Below, in pieces: positions 26,073 through 36,310 of a stretch of DNA of 64,000 bases. Position numbers and translations under genes: made by a program. Source of the DNA: Pirellulales bacterium (GTDB lineage Bacteria; Planctomycetota; Planctomycetia; Pirellulales; UBA1268). Numbering within the stretch: the first letter of the stretch is position 1; the number at the start of each line of letters is the position of its first letter. The notes under the pieces were generated by a model that saw nothing but the letters and a program-made list of their open reading frames with translations, had not been told where the DNA came from and did not search any database. The stretch is taken from assembly GCA_044234625.1 (NCBI GenBank), contig JBIIIP010000001.1, forward strand, positions 52,497 through 116,496, given 5' to 3'.

Positions 26073-29000
26073 CGGTCCTCCTCAGATCGAGCGTCAACGG
26101 AAACTCCGCCGACAGGGATTCCCGTCGCACGTCGATCGGGCCGGGAGTATGACCGTGATCCTGAAAACGGGCCAACCTTCGCGCCTCCGCCTCGAAGGCG
26201 TTCACGGGGAAGGTGTCATAATTGCGGCCACCGGGGTGGGCCACGTGGTAGACGAACCCGCCCAGCGACCGGCCATTCCAGGCATCGACGAGGTCGAACG
26301 TCAAAGGCGCGTGCACCGGCATCACGGGGTGGAGCCCCGACGGCGGCTGCCAGGCCTTGAACCGCACGCCCGCCACCGCCTCGTGGTCGCGGCCCGTCGG
26401 CGTCATCGGCAGGGGCCGCCCGTTGCAGGTGACGACGTGCCGACCGGCCACGAACCCGCGCGCCACGAGCTCGACCCGCTCGACCGACGAATCGACATAG
26501 CGCACCGTCCCGCCGATCGCCCCTTCCTCGCCGAGCACGTGCCACGGCTCGAGGGCCTGCCGCAACGAGAGCCCCACGCCCGCCCGGTTCACGGCACCAT
26601 GGACGGGGAAACGGAATTCCCGCTGCGCCTCGAACCACTCCGGCTCGAACTCGTATCCCGCGCCGCGCAGGTCGGCAAGCACGCCCAGAAAGTCCTCCCA
26701 CACGAAGTGCGGCAGCATGAAGCGGTCGTGGAGGGCGGTGCCCCAGCGGACGAACGAGCCGCGCTGCGGCTCCCTCCAGAACCAGGCCACCAGCCCGCGG
26801 AGGAGAAGCTGCTGCGCCAGCGACATCCGCGCGTCGGGCGGCATCTCGAAGGAGCGGAACTCGACGAGGCCGAGCCGGCCCGTGGGGCTGTCGGGCGCGT
26901 AGAGCTTGTCGATGCAGATCTCAGCCCGATGCGTGTTGCCCGTGACATCGACGAGCAGGTTGCGAAACAGGCGGTCGACGAGCCACGGCGGCGGCGCCCC
27001 GGCGCCTGGCGCCGGCACCTGTGCCAGCGCGATCTCCAGTTCGTAGAGCCCGTCGTGCCGCCCCTCGTCGATCCGCGGGGCCTGGCTCGTCGGGCCGATG
27101 AAGAGGCCGGAGAAGAGGAAGGAGAGCGACGGGTGCCGCTGCCAGTAGAGGACGAGGCTCTGGAGGAGGTCGGGCCGGCGCAGGAACGGGGAGTCGAGCG
27201 GCGTCGGTCCGCCGAGCACCACGTGGTTGCCGCCGCCGGTGCCGGTGTGGCGGCCGTCGGTGAGGTATTTGTCGGTGCCGAGCCGGGCCTGGCGGGCTTC
27301 CTCATAGAGGGCGACCGTGTCGTGGACCGCCGCGGCCCAGGAAGCGACCGGCTCGACATTGACCTCGATGACACCCGGGTCGGGCGTGACCTTGATCACG
27401 CCGAGCCGCGGATCGAAGGGCGGAGGATAGCCCTCGACGTGCACGGGAACTCCACTGGCCCGTGCCGCCTCCTCCACCGCGGCGAGGAGCTCAAGGTAGT
27501 CGTCCAGCGCGCGGACCGGCGGCATGAACACGTGGAGCACGCCGTCGCGCGGCTCGATCGCCAGCGCCGTCCGCACCGCGCCCTCCACCGCCACCTGCGG
27601 CACGATCTCCTGCCGCTGCGGCCCTTCGCCGGTGCGGGAATGAATCCGCGGCAGGTCCGCCGGCTCGGGCAGCGGGCCGCGCGGCTCCGTGGGATCCTGC
27701 ATCAAGACATGGGGGTATGCCGCCGGCGGCACCCAGGGAAGCGACGAGAGCGGCAGCCGGTAGCCCACGGGCGAATCGCCGGGCACGAGCATCATCCGGC
27801 CGCGCCGCAGCCGCCATCGCTCCGACCGCCACCGCGGCGCCCCCGATGCGGCGGCATTCCAGCGCTGCACGGGGAGCACGTAGCCCGTCGGCTTGGCCAG
27901 GCCGCGCTCGAAGACCCGCACCATCCGCGCCCGTTCCTCAGCATCGTCGAGCTTGGGGTCGGAAGGGTCGACGTTCACCGGCAGCGAGGATTCCTTCACC
28001 ATCCAATGGGCCGGATCCTCGTAAGCGGGCAGCGCGCACGCTTCGTCCACCCCGAGGGCGCGGGCGATCTCGTGCACGAGCCGCTCGGCCGCGCCGATCG
28101 CCTCACCGGCATCGCTGAAGCGGCGCGTGCCGCTCTCGTCGGCGATGAGGGCGGCGTCGCGCCACATCGGCTTGCCATCCTTCCGCCAGTAGAGCGCGAA
28201 GGCCCAGCGCGGAAGGCTCTCACCCGGATACCACTTCCCCTGGCCGTAATGAAGGAAGCCGCCCGGCGCGAACCGCGCCCGCAGCCGGCGGATGAGCGCG
28301 TCGGCCCGCGAGCGCTTCGTCGGGCCGACGGCCGCGGTGTTCCATTCGGCCGACTCGAAATCGTCGATCGACACGAAGGTCGGCTCGCCCCCCATCGTCA
28401 GCCGCACGTCGTGGGCGACGAGGTCACGGTCGACGGCGTCCCCCAGCGCCACCAGCCGCGACCAGGCCGCGGCGGAGAAGGGCTGCGTCACCCGCGGCCG
28501 CTCCTCGATCCGCTCGACCCGCATGTGGAAGTCAAACTCGCATCCCGCCGGCTCCACCATGCCGCTCACCGGCGCGGCGGAGCGGTAGTGCGGGGTGGCG
28601 GCCAGCGGCAGGTGGCCCTCGCCGCACAACAGGCCCGACGTGGCATCCAGCCCGATCCAGCCCGCGCCGGGAACGTAGATCTCCGCCCAGGCATGGAGGT
28701 CGGTGAAATCGTGATCGGTACCCCGCGGCCCATCCACGGGATCGACGTCGGCCTTCAACTGGATGAGATAGCCCGACACGAACCGCGCGGCGAGGCCCAG
28801 CCGCCGCGCCAGGTGCACGAGGAGCCAGGCCGAGTCGCGGCAGGAGCCGGCGCCGCTGGCGAGGGTCTCCTCCGGCGGCTGCACGCCGGGCTCCATCCGG
28901 ATCACGTAGCGGATGTCACGGTGAATCCGCGCGTTGAGCGCCACGAGCACGTCGACCGTGCGGCCACGCTCCCGCCCGAGTTCGGCGAGCAGGGCCTCGA

Positions 29001-29379
29001 ACCGCTCCCCGTGCGGCTCGGTGACGAGACAGGAGGCCAGTTCGTGCCGCTCCTCAGGCGTATAGGCAAACGGGAAAGCCTCGGCATGCGTCTCGATGAA
29101 GAAGTCGAACGGGTTCACGACGGCCATCTCGGCCGTCAGGTCCACCTCGATGCGAAACTGCGGCGTCGGCTGCGGGAACACGTGCCGCGACATCCAGTTG
29201 CCGTGCGGATCCTGCTGCCAGTTCACGAAGTGGTCGGCGGGAGTGACCGTGAGCGAATACGACAGGATCTTCGTCCGGCAATGCGGCGCGGGACGGAGGC
29301 GGATCACCTGCGGACCGAGCGCGACGGGCCGATCGTAGGTGTAGGACGTGACGTGATGCAGCGCGACGCGGATCGGCAA
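26065..29379 (-). CDS. Large transglutaminase-N + transglutaminase core + DUF2126 protein (COG4196-type)
   Basis: [51 protein letters not shown], and a long DUF2126 C-terminal region. The probable TTG start at 29379 gives MPIRVAL. The longest ORF reaches 29469. Confidence 0.85.
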   Translation of the reverse strand: MPIRVALHHVTSYTYDRPVALGPQVIRLRPAPHCRTKILSYSLTVTPADHFVNWQQDPHGNWMSRHVFPQPTPQFRIEVDLTAEMAVVNPFDFFIETHAEAFPFAYTPEERHELASCLVTEPHGERFEALLAELGRERGRTVDVLVALNARIHRDIRYVIRMEPGVQPPEETLASGAGSCRDSAWLLVHLARRLGLAARFVSGYLIQLKADVDPVDGPRGTDHDFTDLHAWAEIYVPGAGWIGLDATSGLLCGEGHLPLAATPHYRSAAPVSGMVEPAGCEFDFHMRVERIEERPRVTQPFSAAAWSRLVALGDAVDRDLVAHDVRLTMGGEPTFVSIDDFESAEWNTAAVGPTKRSRADALIRRLRARFAPGGFLHYGQGKWYPGESLPRWAFALYWRKDGKPMWRDAALIADESGTRRFSDAGEAIGAAERLVHEIARALGVDEACALPAYEDPAHWMVKESSLPVNVDPSDPKLDDAEERARMVRVFERGLAKPTGYVLPVQRWNAAASGAPRWRSERWRLRRGRMMLVPGDSPVGYRLPLSSLPWVPPAAYPHVLMQDPTEPRGPLPEPADLPRIHSRTGEGPQRQEIVPQVAVEGAVRTALAIEPRDGVLHVFMPPVRALDDYLELLAAVEEAARASGVPVHVEGYPPPFDPRLGVIKVTPDPGVIEVNVEPVASWAAAVHDTVALYEEARQARLGTDKYLTDGRHTGTGGGNHVVLGGPTPLDSPFLRRPDLLQSLVLYWQRHPSLSFLFSGLFIGPTSQAPRIDEGRHDGLYELEIALAQVPAPGAGAPPPWLVDRLFRNLLVDVTGNTHRAEICIDKLYAPDSPTGRLGLVEFRSFEMPPDARMSLAQQLLLRGLVAWFWREPQRGSFVRWGTALHDRFMLPHFVWEDFLGVLADLRGAGYEFEPEWFEAQREFRFPVHGAVNRAGVGLSLRQALEPWHVLGEEGAIGGTVRYVDSSVERVELVARGFVAGRHVVTCNGRPLPMTPTGRDHEAVAGVRFKAWQPPSGLHPVMPVHAPLTFDLVDAWNGRSLGGFVYHVAHPGGRNYDTFPVNAFEAEARRLARFQDHGHTPGPIDVRRESLSAEFPLTLDLRRTVG

Positions 29380-29655
29380 CGGCGGAAACTCTCGGCAACG
29401 GGAGAAGCTCGAAATCGCACCCGCTTCCACCGGGCCGCCGAGGGCGACTGGGAAAGCCGGTTCCGCCATGGGGCTGTCGCGCTCGCAGCCGGAGCGACCG
29501 CCTCGGTCGAATAGCCTATCGCCGCCTTCCCGCCCCGCACAACGACCGGGCAGACATCGACATTCAAGCTCCGTCCTTTCCCGGGGGATGACGCGGGCCT
29601 ACACTGCTCGGGATCGGTTTTCGGAATTCGTTCTTCGCGATGGGAGGCACGGCAG

Positions 29656-30087
29656 ATGGACATTCTTGGTGAGATTCTCAAGCAGGTGCTCGAGGGGGCC
29701 ACCCAGCAGACGCAAACGCAACAGCGGCCGGCGCCCCGCCCCGCCCCGCAGCCGCAACGCGGCCCGTCGGACATGCCCTCCACCGACGACCTTGCCGAAA
29801 TCTTCAAGCAGATCTTCGGGGGCGGCAGCGCCCAGAAGTTGCCCGACGTCGTCAAGCAGTTCGAAGAGAAGGGGATGCGTGACGAAGTCGACTCGTGGGT
29901 CCGCACCGGACCGAACAAGCCGATCGACCGCCGCCGGATCGAGGACGTGTTTGGCCAGCGGGAGCTCGACGACCTCGCCCGCCAGCGGAATATCGACCGC
30001 GAGCGGCTGGCGGAAGTGCTCAGCCGCTACATCCCGAAGATCATCGACGAACTGACGCCGCAGGGCCAGCTGCAAGGCCGACGGTAA
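29656..30087 (+). CDS. YidB (DUF937) family protein
   Basis: Low-complexity Q/P linker, then VDSWVRTGPNKPI and LSRYIPKIIDELTPQG, matching the DUF937 C-terminal consensus. Confidence 0.7.
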   Translation: MDILGEILKQVLEGATQQTQTQQRPAPRPAPQPQRGPSDMPSTDDLAEIFKQIFGGGSAQKLPDVVKQFEEKGMRDEVDSWVRTGPNKPIDRRRIEDVFGQRELDDLARQRNIDRERLAEVLSRYIPKIIDELTPQGQLQGRR

Positions 30088-30122
30088 GCTTCCAAACCGA
30101 CGCGCGTGCGGGATCCCTGACG

Positions 30123-31181
30123 ATGCGAAGGTCTCTGGCCGCGATCGTGACCATGCTGTTCGTGGCCGCATCCGAGAGCGGCCGCGGGGATGATCCGCGT
30201 CCCCCTGCCGACGCGCCGTTCGAGGTCGGCGGCCAGCCGGAGCCGCGGTTGTCGCGGCGGGCCCAGCGGCGGGCCAATCGCCGCCGGCCACCGGCCATCG
30301 CTCCGGCGGCCACGCCGCCGATCGGGGTGACGTCGACACTCGGCTCGCCATTCGAATCGCTGGGGGCCGAGGCCCACGAGCCATTCATCGTCCACCGTGA
30401 CCAGTCGTATGCCGATGCCGGCGACGATCGGCAACGTTTCGATCTCTATCTTCCCAAGGGGTGTGGCGGCGGGCTGCCGCTGGTGGTGTGGGTCGAAGGC
30501 AAGACCTGGCAGTCGATCGCTCGGCCCGCCTGCCCCGTCATCTGGCTCGTCGACTCCGGCTACGCGGTGGCCAGTATCCGGTATCGACCCAGCAGCACCG
30601 ACCCCTTCCCCGCACAACTCGACGACTGTCTCGCCGCCATCGATTGCATCCAGCGCGATGCCGATCTCTGGGGCATCGACCGCGACCGGATCTGCGTGGC
30701 AGGCAGGGCCGCGGGCGGCCATCTGGCCGCCCTGTCGGGCCTGTGGGACGAGTCGTCGCCGGAGCGGCCGCTCCCGCCCGTCGCCGCCGTGTGCGTCATC
30801 GATGCCCCGACCCACCTCACATCGCTCGGCCCCGAACACGACCGGCCCGCCTCGCCGGCCAGCCAACTGGTGGGGGGGCCCCTGCCGGAGTTTCGCGAGG
30901 CCGCGCAACAGGCCAGCCCCCTCACGCACGTGTCTTCCGACGATCCGCCCGTCCTGGTCATCCATGCCCGCGCGGGAGCGGCGGTGCCTTTCGAACAAAG
31001 CCGGAAATTCACCACCGCCCTCCGGGCAGCCGGCGTGCCCTGCACACTCGTTCCCGTGGACGCCGGAGGCGCCGAGGCGAGCATCGACCGTGACAGCACC
31101 GGCGGCGCCGCATTCGCCGCTTTTCTTGCCGAGACGATCGGCCGTGGCGCACGCCCCTCCCCGGAAGCGGCCACGCGATGA
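30123..31181 (+). CDS. Alpha/beta-hydrolase fold protein (esterase/lipase-like), nucleophile motif degenerate
   Basis: Signal peptide, LPLVVWVEG (usual HGG-type position), and AVASIRYR. The nucleophile elbow reads VAGRAAGGHLA (Ala where GxSxG Ser is expected). Confidence 0.75.
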   Translation: MRRSLAAIVTMLFVAASESGRGDDPRPPADAPFEVGGQPEPRLSRRAQRRANRRRPPAIAPAATPPIGVTSTLGSPFESLGAEAHEPFIVHRDQSYADAGDDRQRFDLYLPKGCGGGLPLVVWVEGKTWQSIARPACPVIWLVDSGYAVASIRYRPSSTDPFPAQLDDCLAAIDCIQRDADLWGIDRDRICVAGRAAGGHLAALSGLWDESSPERPLPPVAAVCVIDAPTHLTSLGPEHDRPASPASQLVGGPLPEFREAAQQASPLTHVSSDDPPVLVIHARAGAAVPFEQSRKFTTALRAAGVPCTLVPVDAGGAEASIDRDSTGGAAFAAFLAETIGRGARPSPEAATR

Positions 31182-32014
31182 ACCGCATGCGGCGGCTGTC
31201 GCGGCGGTCGTGGCTGACGATCACGGCCGGGATCGTGCCCGTGGCCGGAGCCGTGGACGGGTGCTACCTCACGCCGCGGCAGTTGCTCACATCCACGCTC
31301 ACGTTCGGCACGCCGGCCGCGGACCGGATCCGCGTGCTGCAGGTCAGCGACGTGCACCTCCGCGGCATCGGCGCGCTGGAAACGCGGCTTCTCGAGGCGG
31401 TGCATGCGGCCAGCGCCGACCTGATCGTGTTCACCGGCGACATGATCGACCGTGAGAAAAGCCTGTGGCCCCTGGAGATGCTGCTCCGGGAATTCCCGCG
31501 CGGGCCGCAGATGTTCGCCATCCCCGGCAACTGGGAATACTGGAGCGGCGTGCGGTTCGAGGCCCTCGGCCGCACCTACGACCGGCATGACGTGCAGTTC
31601 CTCGTCAACCGTTCGGTGGAGGCCGAGGTGCGCGGCACGCGGATCCGCGTCACCGGCCTCGACGACGTGCGGGCGAGCCAGGCCGATCCGCAGGCGGCGC
31701 TGGCCGACGCCACGCCGCTGCCCCGCCACCTCGTGCTCGCGCATTGCCCCGTGACCCGCGACCTCGTGCCCCTCCCCGATCCGCATCCCGCATCGTTGAT
31801 GCTCTCCGGCCACACGCACGGCGGGCAGATCGCGCCACTCGGGTTCCCGCTCGTGAGGCCCGCCGCGAGCGGCCGCTACGTGGCCGGCTGGTACCGCGAC
31901 GCGGGGCTGCCGCCGCTCTACGTGTCGCGTGGCATTGGCACATCGATGATCCCCATGCGCATCGGCTCCACCCCGGAGCTGGTGCAGATCGATTGGGCCG
32001 GCGACGGTCGTTGA
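31178..32014 (+). CDS. Metallophosphoesterase (YkuE/YaeI-like)
   Basis: Tat-like RRSWLTITAG. IRVLQVSDVHL, VFTGDMID, IPGNWEY and LSGHTHGGQI are metallophosphoesterase motifs. ATGA overlap with the upstream gene. Confidence 0.8.
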   Translation: MNRMRRLSRRSWLTITAGIVPVAGAVDGCYLTPRQLLTSTLTFGTPAADRIRVLQVSDVHLRGIGALETRLLEAVHAASADLIVFTGDMIDREKSLWPLEMLLREFPRGPQMFAIPGNWEYWSGVRFEALGRTYDRHDVQFLVNRSVEAEVRGTRIRVTGLDDVRASQADPQAALADATPLPRHLVLAHCPVTRDLVPLPDPHPASLMLSGHTHGGQIAPLGFPLVRPAASGRYVAGWYRDAGLPPLYVSRGIGTSMIPMRIGSTPELVQIDWAGDGR

Positions 32015-32166
32015 ATCCGCATCGCCGCTACAGCCCGCATACCGCGCACTTTTTTCCCGGCTTGTGCAGCCACGCGCGGGGCGGGTCGATACCTCTGGTC
32101 GGGCATCACTGCCTTCTTCTTGCTCTATCTTCGCCATCCCGCGTCACGGAGCCATAAGCCGTCGCC

Positions 32167-33036
32167 ATGCCAAGCAGCCGCCGCAAGCCTTCAGTCTCCG
32201 CCGTGCAGAACCCGCTGGAGACCTACCTCCGCGACATCAACGAGACGTCGCTCCTCACCGCCGACGAGGAGAAGCGTCTGGCCGAGGCGATCGGGCGTGG
32301 GGATGCGGCCGCCCGCGACCACATGGTGCGGGCCAACCTGCGGCTGGTGGTGAACATCGCCCGCGGCTACGCCAACCGCGGCCTGCAACTGCCCGACCTC
32401 ATCGAGGAGGGGAATCTCGGCCTGCTCCGCGCCGTCGAGGGCTTCGACCCCAAGGTGGGCACGCGGTTCAGCACCTACGCCAGCTACTGGATCAAGCAGT
32501 CGATCAAGCGGGCGCTGATCAACAACGGCAAGACGATCCGCATCCCCGCCTACATGGTCGAGCTGCTTTCCAAGTGGCGGCGGGCCACGGCCCGTCTCTC
32601 CGAGGCCCTCGGCCGCACGCCCACGCCGGAGGAGATCGCCCGCATGCTTGGGCTGGCCCGGAAGAAGCTGCCCATCATCAAGAAGGCGATCCACGTCCAC
32701 ACCGCCACACCACAGACGGAGCACCCGGACGGCTGGTCGCTGGGAGAGATCATCCGCGATGAAAACGCGAAGTGCCCGGCCGAGGTGCTGCTCGACCACG
32801 ACACGCTCCGCCACGTGCTCCACCGCGTGAGCGAACTGGAGCCGCGGGCCGCCACGATCATCAAGCTGCGGTTCGGCCTCGAGGGGGGCGATCCGATGAC
32901 GCTCAAGGAGATCGGCGGCGTGCTCGGCATCACCCGAGAGCGGGTGCGGCAGATCGAGTCGGAGACGCTCGCCAGCCTGGCCAGCGAGATTGACGGCGTG
33001 CCGCGGGCCCAAATCCGTTTGCGGCACGGGGCGTGA
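32167..33036 (+). CDS. Sigma-70 family RNA polymerase sigma factor (group 2/3-like, no region 1.1)
   Basis: Region 2 NLRLVVNIARGY..GL.LPDLIEEGNLGLLRAVEGFD...FSTYASYWIKQSIKRAL. Region 3 IRIPAYMVE. Region 4 TLKEIGGVLGITRERVRQIE. Confidence 0.9.
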   Translation: MPSSRRKPSVSAVQNPLETYLRDINETSLLTADEEKRLAEAIGRGDAAARDHMVRANLRLVVNIARGYANRGLQLPDLIEEGNLGLLRAVEGFDPKVGTRFSTYASYWIKQSIKRALINNGKTIRIPAYMVELLSKWRRATARLSEALGRTPTPEEIARMLGLARKKLPIIKKAIHVHTATPQTEHPDGWSLGEIIRDENAKCPAEVLLDHDTLRHVLHRVSELEPRAATIIKLRFGLEGGDPMTLKEIGGVLGITRERVRQIESETLASLASEIDGVPRAQIRLRHGA

Positions 33037-33054
33037 GACGGCTACGCTCTCCAC

Positions 33055-33567
33055 GTGAATCTCGCCGACCACATCCGTCCGATCCCCGACTTCCCCAAGC
33101 CGGGCATCCTGTTCCGCGACATCACGCCGCTGCTGGCCCACCCCCAGGCCTTGGCGGAGGCGGTGCGGCGGATGGCCGCGCCCTGGCAGGGGGAGGGCAT
33201 CACGGCGGTGGCGGCGGTCGAGGCCCGCGGCTTCCTCTTCGCCACGCCGCTGGCACTGGCCCTCGGCGTGGGTGTGGTGCCGGTGCGGAAACCGGGCAAA
33301 CTGCCGGCGGAGACGATCGCCCATGAATACGACCTGGAATACGGCAGCGACCGCCTGGAGATGCACCGCGACATCCTCGCTCCCGGGGCGCGGGTGCTCG
33401 TCGTGGATGACGTGCTCGCCACCGGCGGCACGGCGGCCGCCTGCATGAAACTCGTCGAGGCGGCCGGCGGCGTCGTGGCGGGGGCGGCGTTTCTCGTCGA
33501 ACTGGAGCCGCTCGGCGGCCGCGAACGGCTCGCCCCGCACCGCGTGGAGCGGGTGCTCACGTACTAG
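33055..33567 (+). CDS. apt: Adenine phosphoribosyltransferase
   Basis: IPDFPKPGILFRDITPLL, VEARGFLF, YDLEYGSD and VLVVDDVLATGGTA (PRPP motif). GTG start. Confidence 0.9.
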   Translation: MNLADHIRPIPDFPKPGILFRDITPLLAHPQALAEAVRRMAAPWQGEGITAVAAVEARGFLFATPLALALGVGVVPVRKPGKLPAETIAHEYDLEYGSDRLEMHRDILAPGARVLVVDDVLATGGTAAACMKLVEAAGGVVAGAAFLVELEPLGGRERLAPHRVERVLTY

Positions 33568-33573
33568 GTCTAC

Positions 33574-33868
33574 GGAAACCGCGGCATCCATGCCCGCGGT
33601 TTCCTTGCCCGCCATCCGGCGGGAAGAAACCCGGCCCTCCAGGCCTGGCGCTCCTGCCAACGCACGCATCCATGCCCGCGGTTTCCTTGCCCGCCATCCG
33701 GCGGGAAGAAACCCGGCCCTCCAGGCCTGGCACGTTGAAAACGTGGCGACGGAAATCCGGGCCTGCCGCATTGAAAACGTGGCGACAGACCTCCGGTCTG
33801 TCGAGTTCTTGGCCACAGACCAGAAGTCTATGCCACGGTGGGAGAGAGCCGGTGCGGCACCCGGTTCA
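33574..33868. repeat. Composite intergenic array of REP-like palindromic elements
   Basis: Hairpin GGAAACCGCGG-N9-CCGCGGTTTCC (33574-33604). Perfect 66-bp direct duplication (33584-33649 = 33666-33731). TTGAAAACGTGGCGAC occurs twice. Palindrome GACAGACC-TCC-GGTCTGTC (33785-33803). Tail CCACGGTGGGAGAGAGCCGGTGCGG. Confidence 0.8.
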
Positions 33869-33896
33869 CCGTAGTAATAGGAGTAATAATAGTCCC

Positions 33897-35015
33897 ATGC
33901 AATCGACACGAATCGTTGTGGCAATGTCGGGCGGCGTCGATTCCAGCGTGGCTGCAGCCCTGCTCGTCGAGGCCGGCCATGATTGCGTGGGCGTGTTCAT
34001 GCGGCACGCGCAGCCGGCCTTGCCCCCGCCACAGGGCGCCGCGGGCCTTCCTGTGCTGCCGCTCGCCAAGGCCGGTCACCAGGGATGCTGCAGCGCCACC
34101 GACGCCCTCGACGCCCGCCGCGTGGCCGACCGGCTCGGCATCCCGCTCTTCGCCCTCGACCTCACCGACGACTTCGAACGGATCATCGATTCGTTCGTGA
34201 CCGACTACGGCCACGGCCGCACGCCCAATCCCTGCGTCCGCTGCAACACGTGGCTCAAGTTCGGACGGCTCTTCGATTACGCCGACGCGATCGGCGCCAG
34301 CCACGTCGCCACCGGCCACTACGCGCGGCTGGCCAGTGAACCCGACGGCACGCCCTGCCTGCGCCGCGGCCACGATGCCGACCGCGACCAGTCATACGTG
34401 CTTTTCGACGTCCGCCGCGAACGCCTGGCGCGGATGCTCCTGCCCGTCGGCGACCTCACCAAGCACGCCGTCCGCGAGCGGGCTGCGGCCCTCGGCCTGG
34501 CCACGGCCGACAAGCCCGACAGCCAGGAGATCTGCTTCGTCGCGCCCGGCGAGCACGCGCGGCTCGTGGCAACGCGGCTGGGAGGCTCACGGGCCGGCGA
34601 CATCGTCACGCTCGACGGCCGCGTGCTCGGCAGGCACGAGGGGATCGAACGGTTCACGGTGGGCCAGCGGCAGGGCCTCGGCGTGGCGGTGGGCACGCCG
34701 CTCTACGTGGTGCGGATCGACCCGGAAACGTGCCGCGTCGTCGTGGGACGCCGCGAGGACGTGCCCGAGCAACGGCTTGTCGCCGCCGAGGCCCACTGGC
34801 TCGGCCCGCCGCCGCGGGAGCCCTTTCGCTGCACCGTCCAGTGCCGGGCCCAGCGGAAGGCCGCACCGGCCCTCGTCACGCCTCTGCCCGACGGCCGCTT
34901 CGCCGCCGAATTCACCGGCGGCCCGGAACATTCCCCGGGGGCGATTTCCCCGGGCCAGCCGGCCGTTTGCTACTCCGCCGACCGGCTCCTGGGAGGCGGT
35001 TGGATCGTCGCCTGA
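33897..35015 (+). CDS. mnmA: tRNA 2-thiouridine(34) synthase MnmA
   Basis: VVAMSGGVDSSVAA PP-loop and NPCVRCN..KF motifs. AGGAG upstream of the ATG. The upstream part of the 447-aa ORF lies in the repeat array. Confidence 0.9.
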   Translation: MQSTRIVVAMSGGVDSSVAAALLVEAGHDCVGVFMRHAQPALPPPQGAAGLPVLPLAKAGHQGCCSATDALDARRVADRLGIPLFALDLTDDFERIIDSFVTDYGHGRTPNPCVRCNTWLKFGRLFDYADAIGASHVATGHYARLASEPDGTPCLRRGHDADRDQSYVLFDVRRERLARMLLPVGDLTKHAVRERAAALGLATADKPDSQEICFVAPGEHARLVATRLGGSRAGDIVTLDGRVLGRHEGIERFTVGQRQGLGVAVGTPLYVVRIDPETCRVVVGRREDVPEQRLVAAEAHWLGPPPREPFRCTVQCRAQRKAAPALVTPLPDGRFAAEFTGGPEHSPGAISPGQPAVCYSADRLLGGGWIVA

Positions 35016-35063
35016 TCGCGAACTAGGCTTGCTCATGCTCCGCACTACTTCGAGGGAAACCCC

Positions 35064-36017
35064 GTGAACGCGATTCCCACCATTCCGCTGCCCGCGATGC
35101 TGGCGCTCATCGCCGTCCTGGCGCTGGTCGCCCTCACGATGCTGCTGTTGGTCTTCAACTACGGCCAGTTGTGGTTCCAGGCCTACTGGTCGAAGGCCCC
35201 CGTCTCGTTCATGGAACTGCTCGGCATGAGCCTGCGCAAGGTCAATGCGCGCACGATCGTGCAGGCGAGGATCATGGCCACGCAGGCCGGCCTGGGCCGC
35301 GACATCTCCTGTCAGCGGCTGGAAGCCCATTACCTCGCCGGGGGTGACGTGCCGCGGGTGATCCGGGCGCTGATCGCTGCTCACCGCGCCGACCTCGACC
35401 TCGACTTCGACCGGGCGTGTGCGATCGACCTCGCCGGCCGTGACGTGCTCGATGCGGTGCAGACCAGCGTGAACCCGAAGGTGATCGACTGCCCCGACAA
35501 CGCGAGCGGAAAATCGACGCTCTCGGCCGTGGCCAAGAATGGCGTCGAGCTGAAGATCCGGGCCCGGGTGACGGTGCGCACCAACCTCCAGCAGCTGATC
35601 GGCGGGGCCACCGAGGAAACGATCATCGCCCGCGTGGGTGAGGGCATCATCACGTCGATCGGCTCCTCGCAGAGCCATTTCGAAGTCATGGAGCACCCCG
35701 ACACGATCTCCAAGGCGGTGCTCCAGCGCGGGCTCGACGCCCAGACGGCCTTCCAGATCGTCTCCATCGACATCGCCGACATCGAGGTGGGCGAGAACAT
35801 CGGCGCCCGCCTCCAGGCCGATCAGGCAGAGGCCGACACCCGCGTGGCCCGGGCCAAGGCCGAGGAACGCCGCAGCGTGGCCATCGCCCGCGAGCAGGAG
35901 ATGAAGGCCGCCACGGCCGACAACCGGGCCCGCCTGATCCAGGCCGAGGCCATGGTGCCCAAAAGCATCGGCGACGCGTTCCGCGCCGGACGGGTGAACG
36001 TCAACGGCCGGAGCTAG
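35064..36017 (+). CDS. floA: Flotillin-like protein FloA (UPF0365/YqfA family)
   Basis: [48 protein letters not shown], and [10 protein letters not shown]-terminal TM helix. GTG start. Confidence 0.85.
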   Translation: MNAIPTIPLPAMLALIAVLALVALTMLLLVFNYGQLWFQAYWSKAPVSFMELLGMSLRKVNARTIVQARIMATQAGLGRDISCQRLEAHYLAGGDVPRVIRALIAAHRADLDLDFDRACAIDLAGRDVLDAVQTSVNPKVIDCPDNASGKSTLSAVAKNGVELKIRARVTVRTNLQQLIGGATEETIIARVGEGIITSIGSSQSHFEVMEHPDTISKAVLQRGLDAQTAFQIVSIDIADIEVGENIGARLQADQAEADTRVARAKAEERRSVAIAREQEMKAATADNRARLIQAEAMVPKSIGDAFRAGRVNVNGRS

Positions 36018-36083
36018 AGCGCGTCCGAGAGAACCGTCGCAACGCGACAGTGAACCAGAGACGGTGGGCCACCGCATGGGCAC

Positions 36084-36129
36084 GGACAGACCAGAGGTCT
36101 GTCCCCACGGTGGGAGAGAGCCGGTGCGG
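36084..36129. repeat. REP-like element copy
   Basis: GGACAGACC-AGA-GGTCTGTCC followed by CCACGGTGGGAGAGAGCCGGTGCGG. Same module as 33821-33858 and 37621-37666. Confidence 0.75.
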
Positions 36130-36310
36130 GCCATCCCAACTGCCTTTCCTCCCGCAGATTCCGCACATTCCACACAATCCGGGGAATTCGGCCAAACTTT
36201 GCGGCCCATCCCCGCCGATACAACTCGTGTGGGATGGCGCGTGTCATGATGACGGCCGAGACGCTTCGGCACGCCACCCCGCAATGAGACTCGAGGCAAG
36301 GGAGTTGCCC

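Noticed and set aside
26149-29514. 1121-aa ORF on the plus strand, along with 24168-26360 (730 aa) and other long ORFs antisense to the ATP-grasp/transglutaminase operon.
   Set aside because: The translations are Arg/Pro/Gly/His-rich low-complexity strings with no motif. The opposite strand encodes proteins with clear family signatures across the same span. This is the typical shadow-ORF behaviour of GC-rich DNA, where stop codons are rare.
33584-33731. Possible CRISPR-like repeat-spacer structure (66-bp repeat, 16-bp spacer, 66-bp repeat).
   Set aside because: There are only two copies, the repeat is far longer than the spacer, and no cas genes are present in the window. The same sequence modules also occur singly at other loci. 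It was therefore treated as a tandem duplication within a REP-like array.
36134-36190. Weak resemblance of CTTTCCTCCCGCAGATTCCGCACATTCCACACAATCCGGGGAATTCGG to the C/D-type arm plus the tRNA-derived core.
   Set aside because: The similarity is patchy (GATTC.GCAC, TTCC, GGGGA) and needs several gaps. The tRNA core CCTACTCGGGG is not preserved. It cannot be distinguished from chance by eye.
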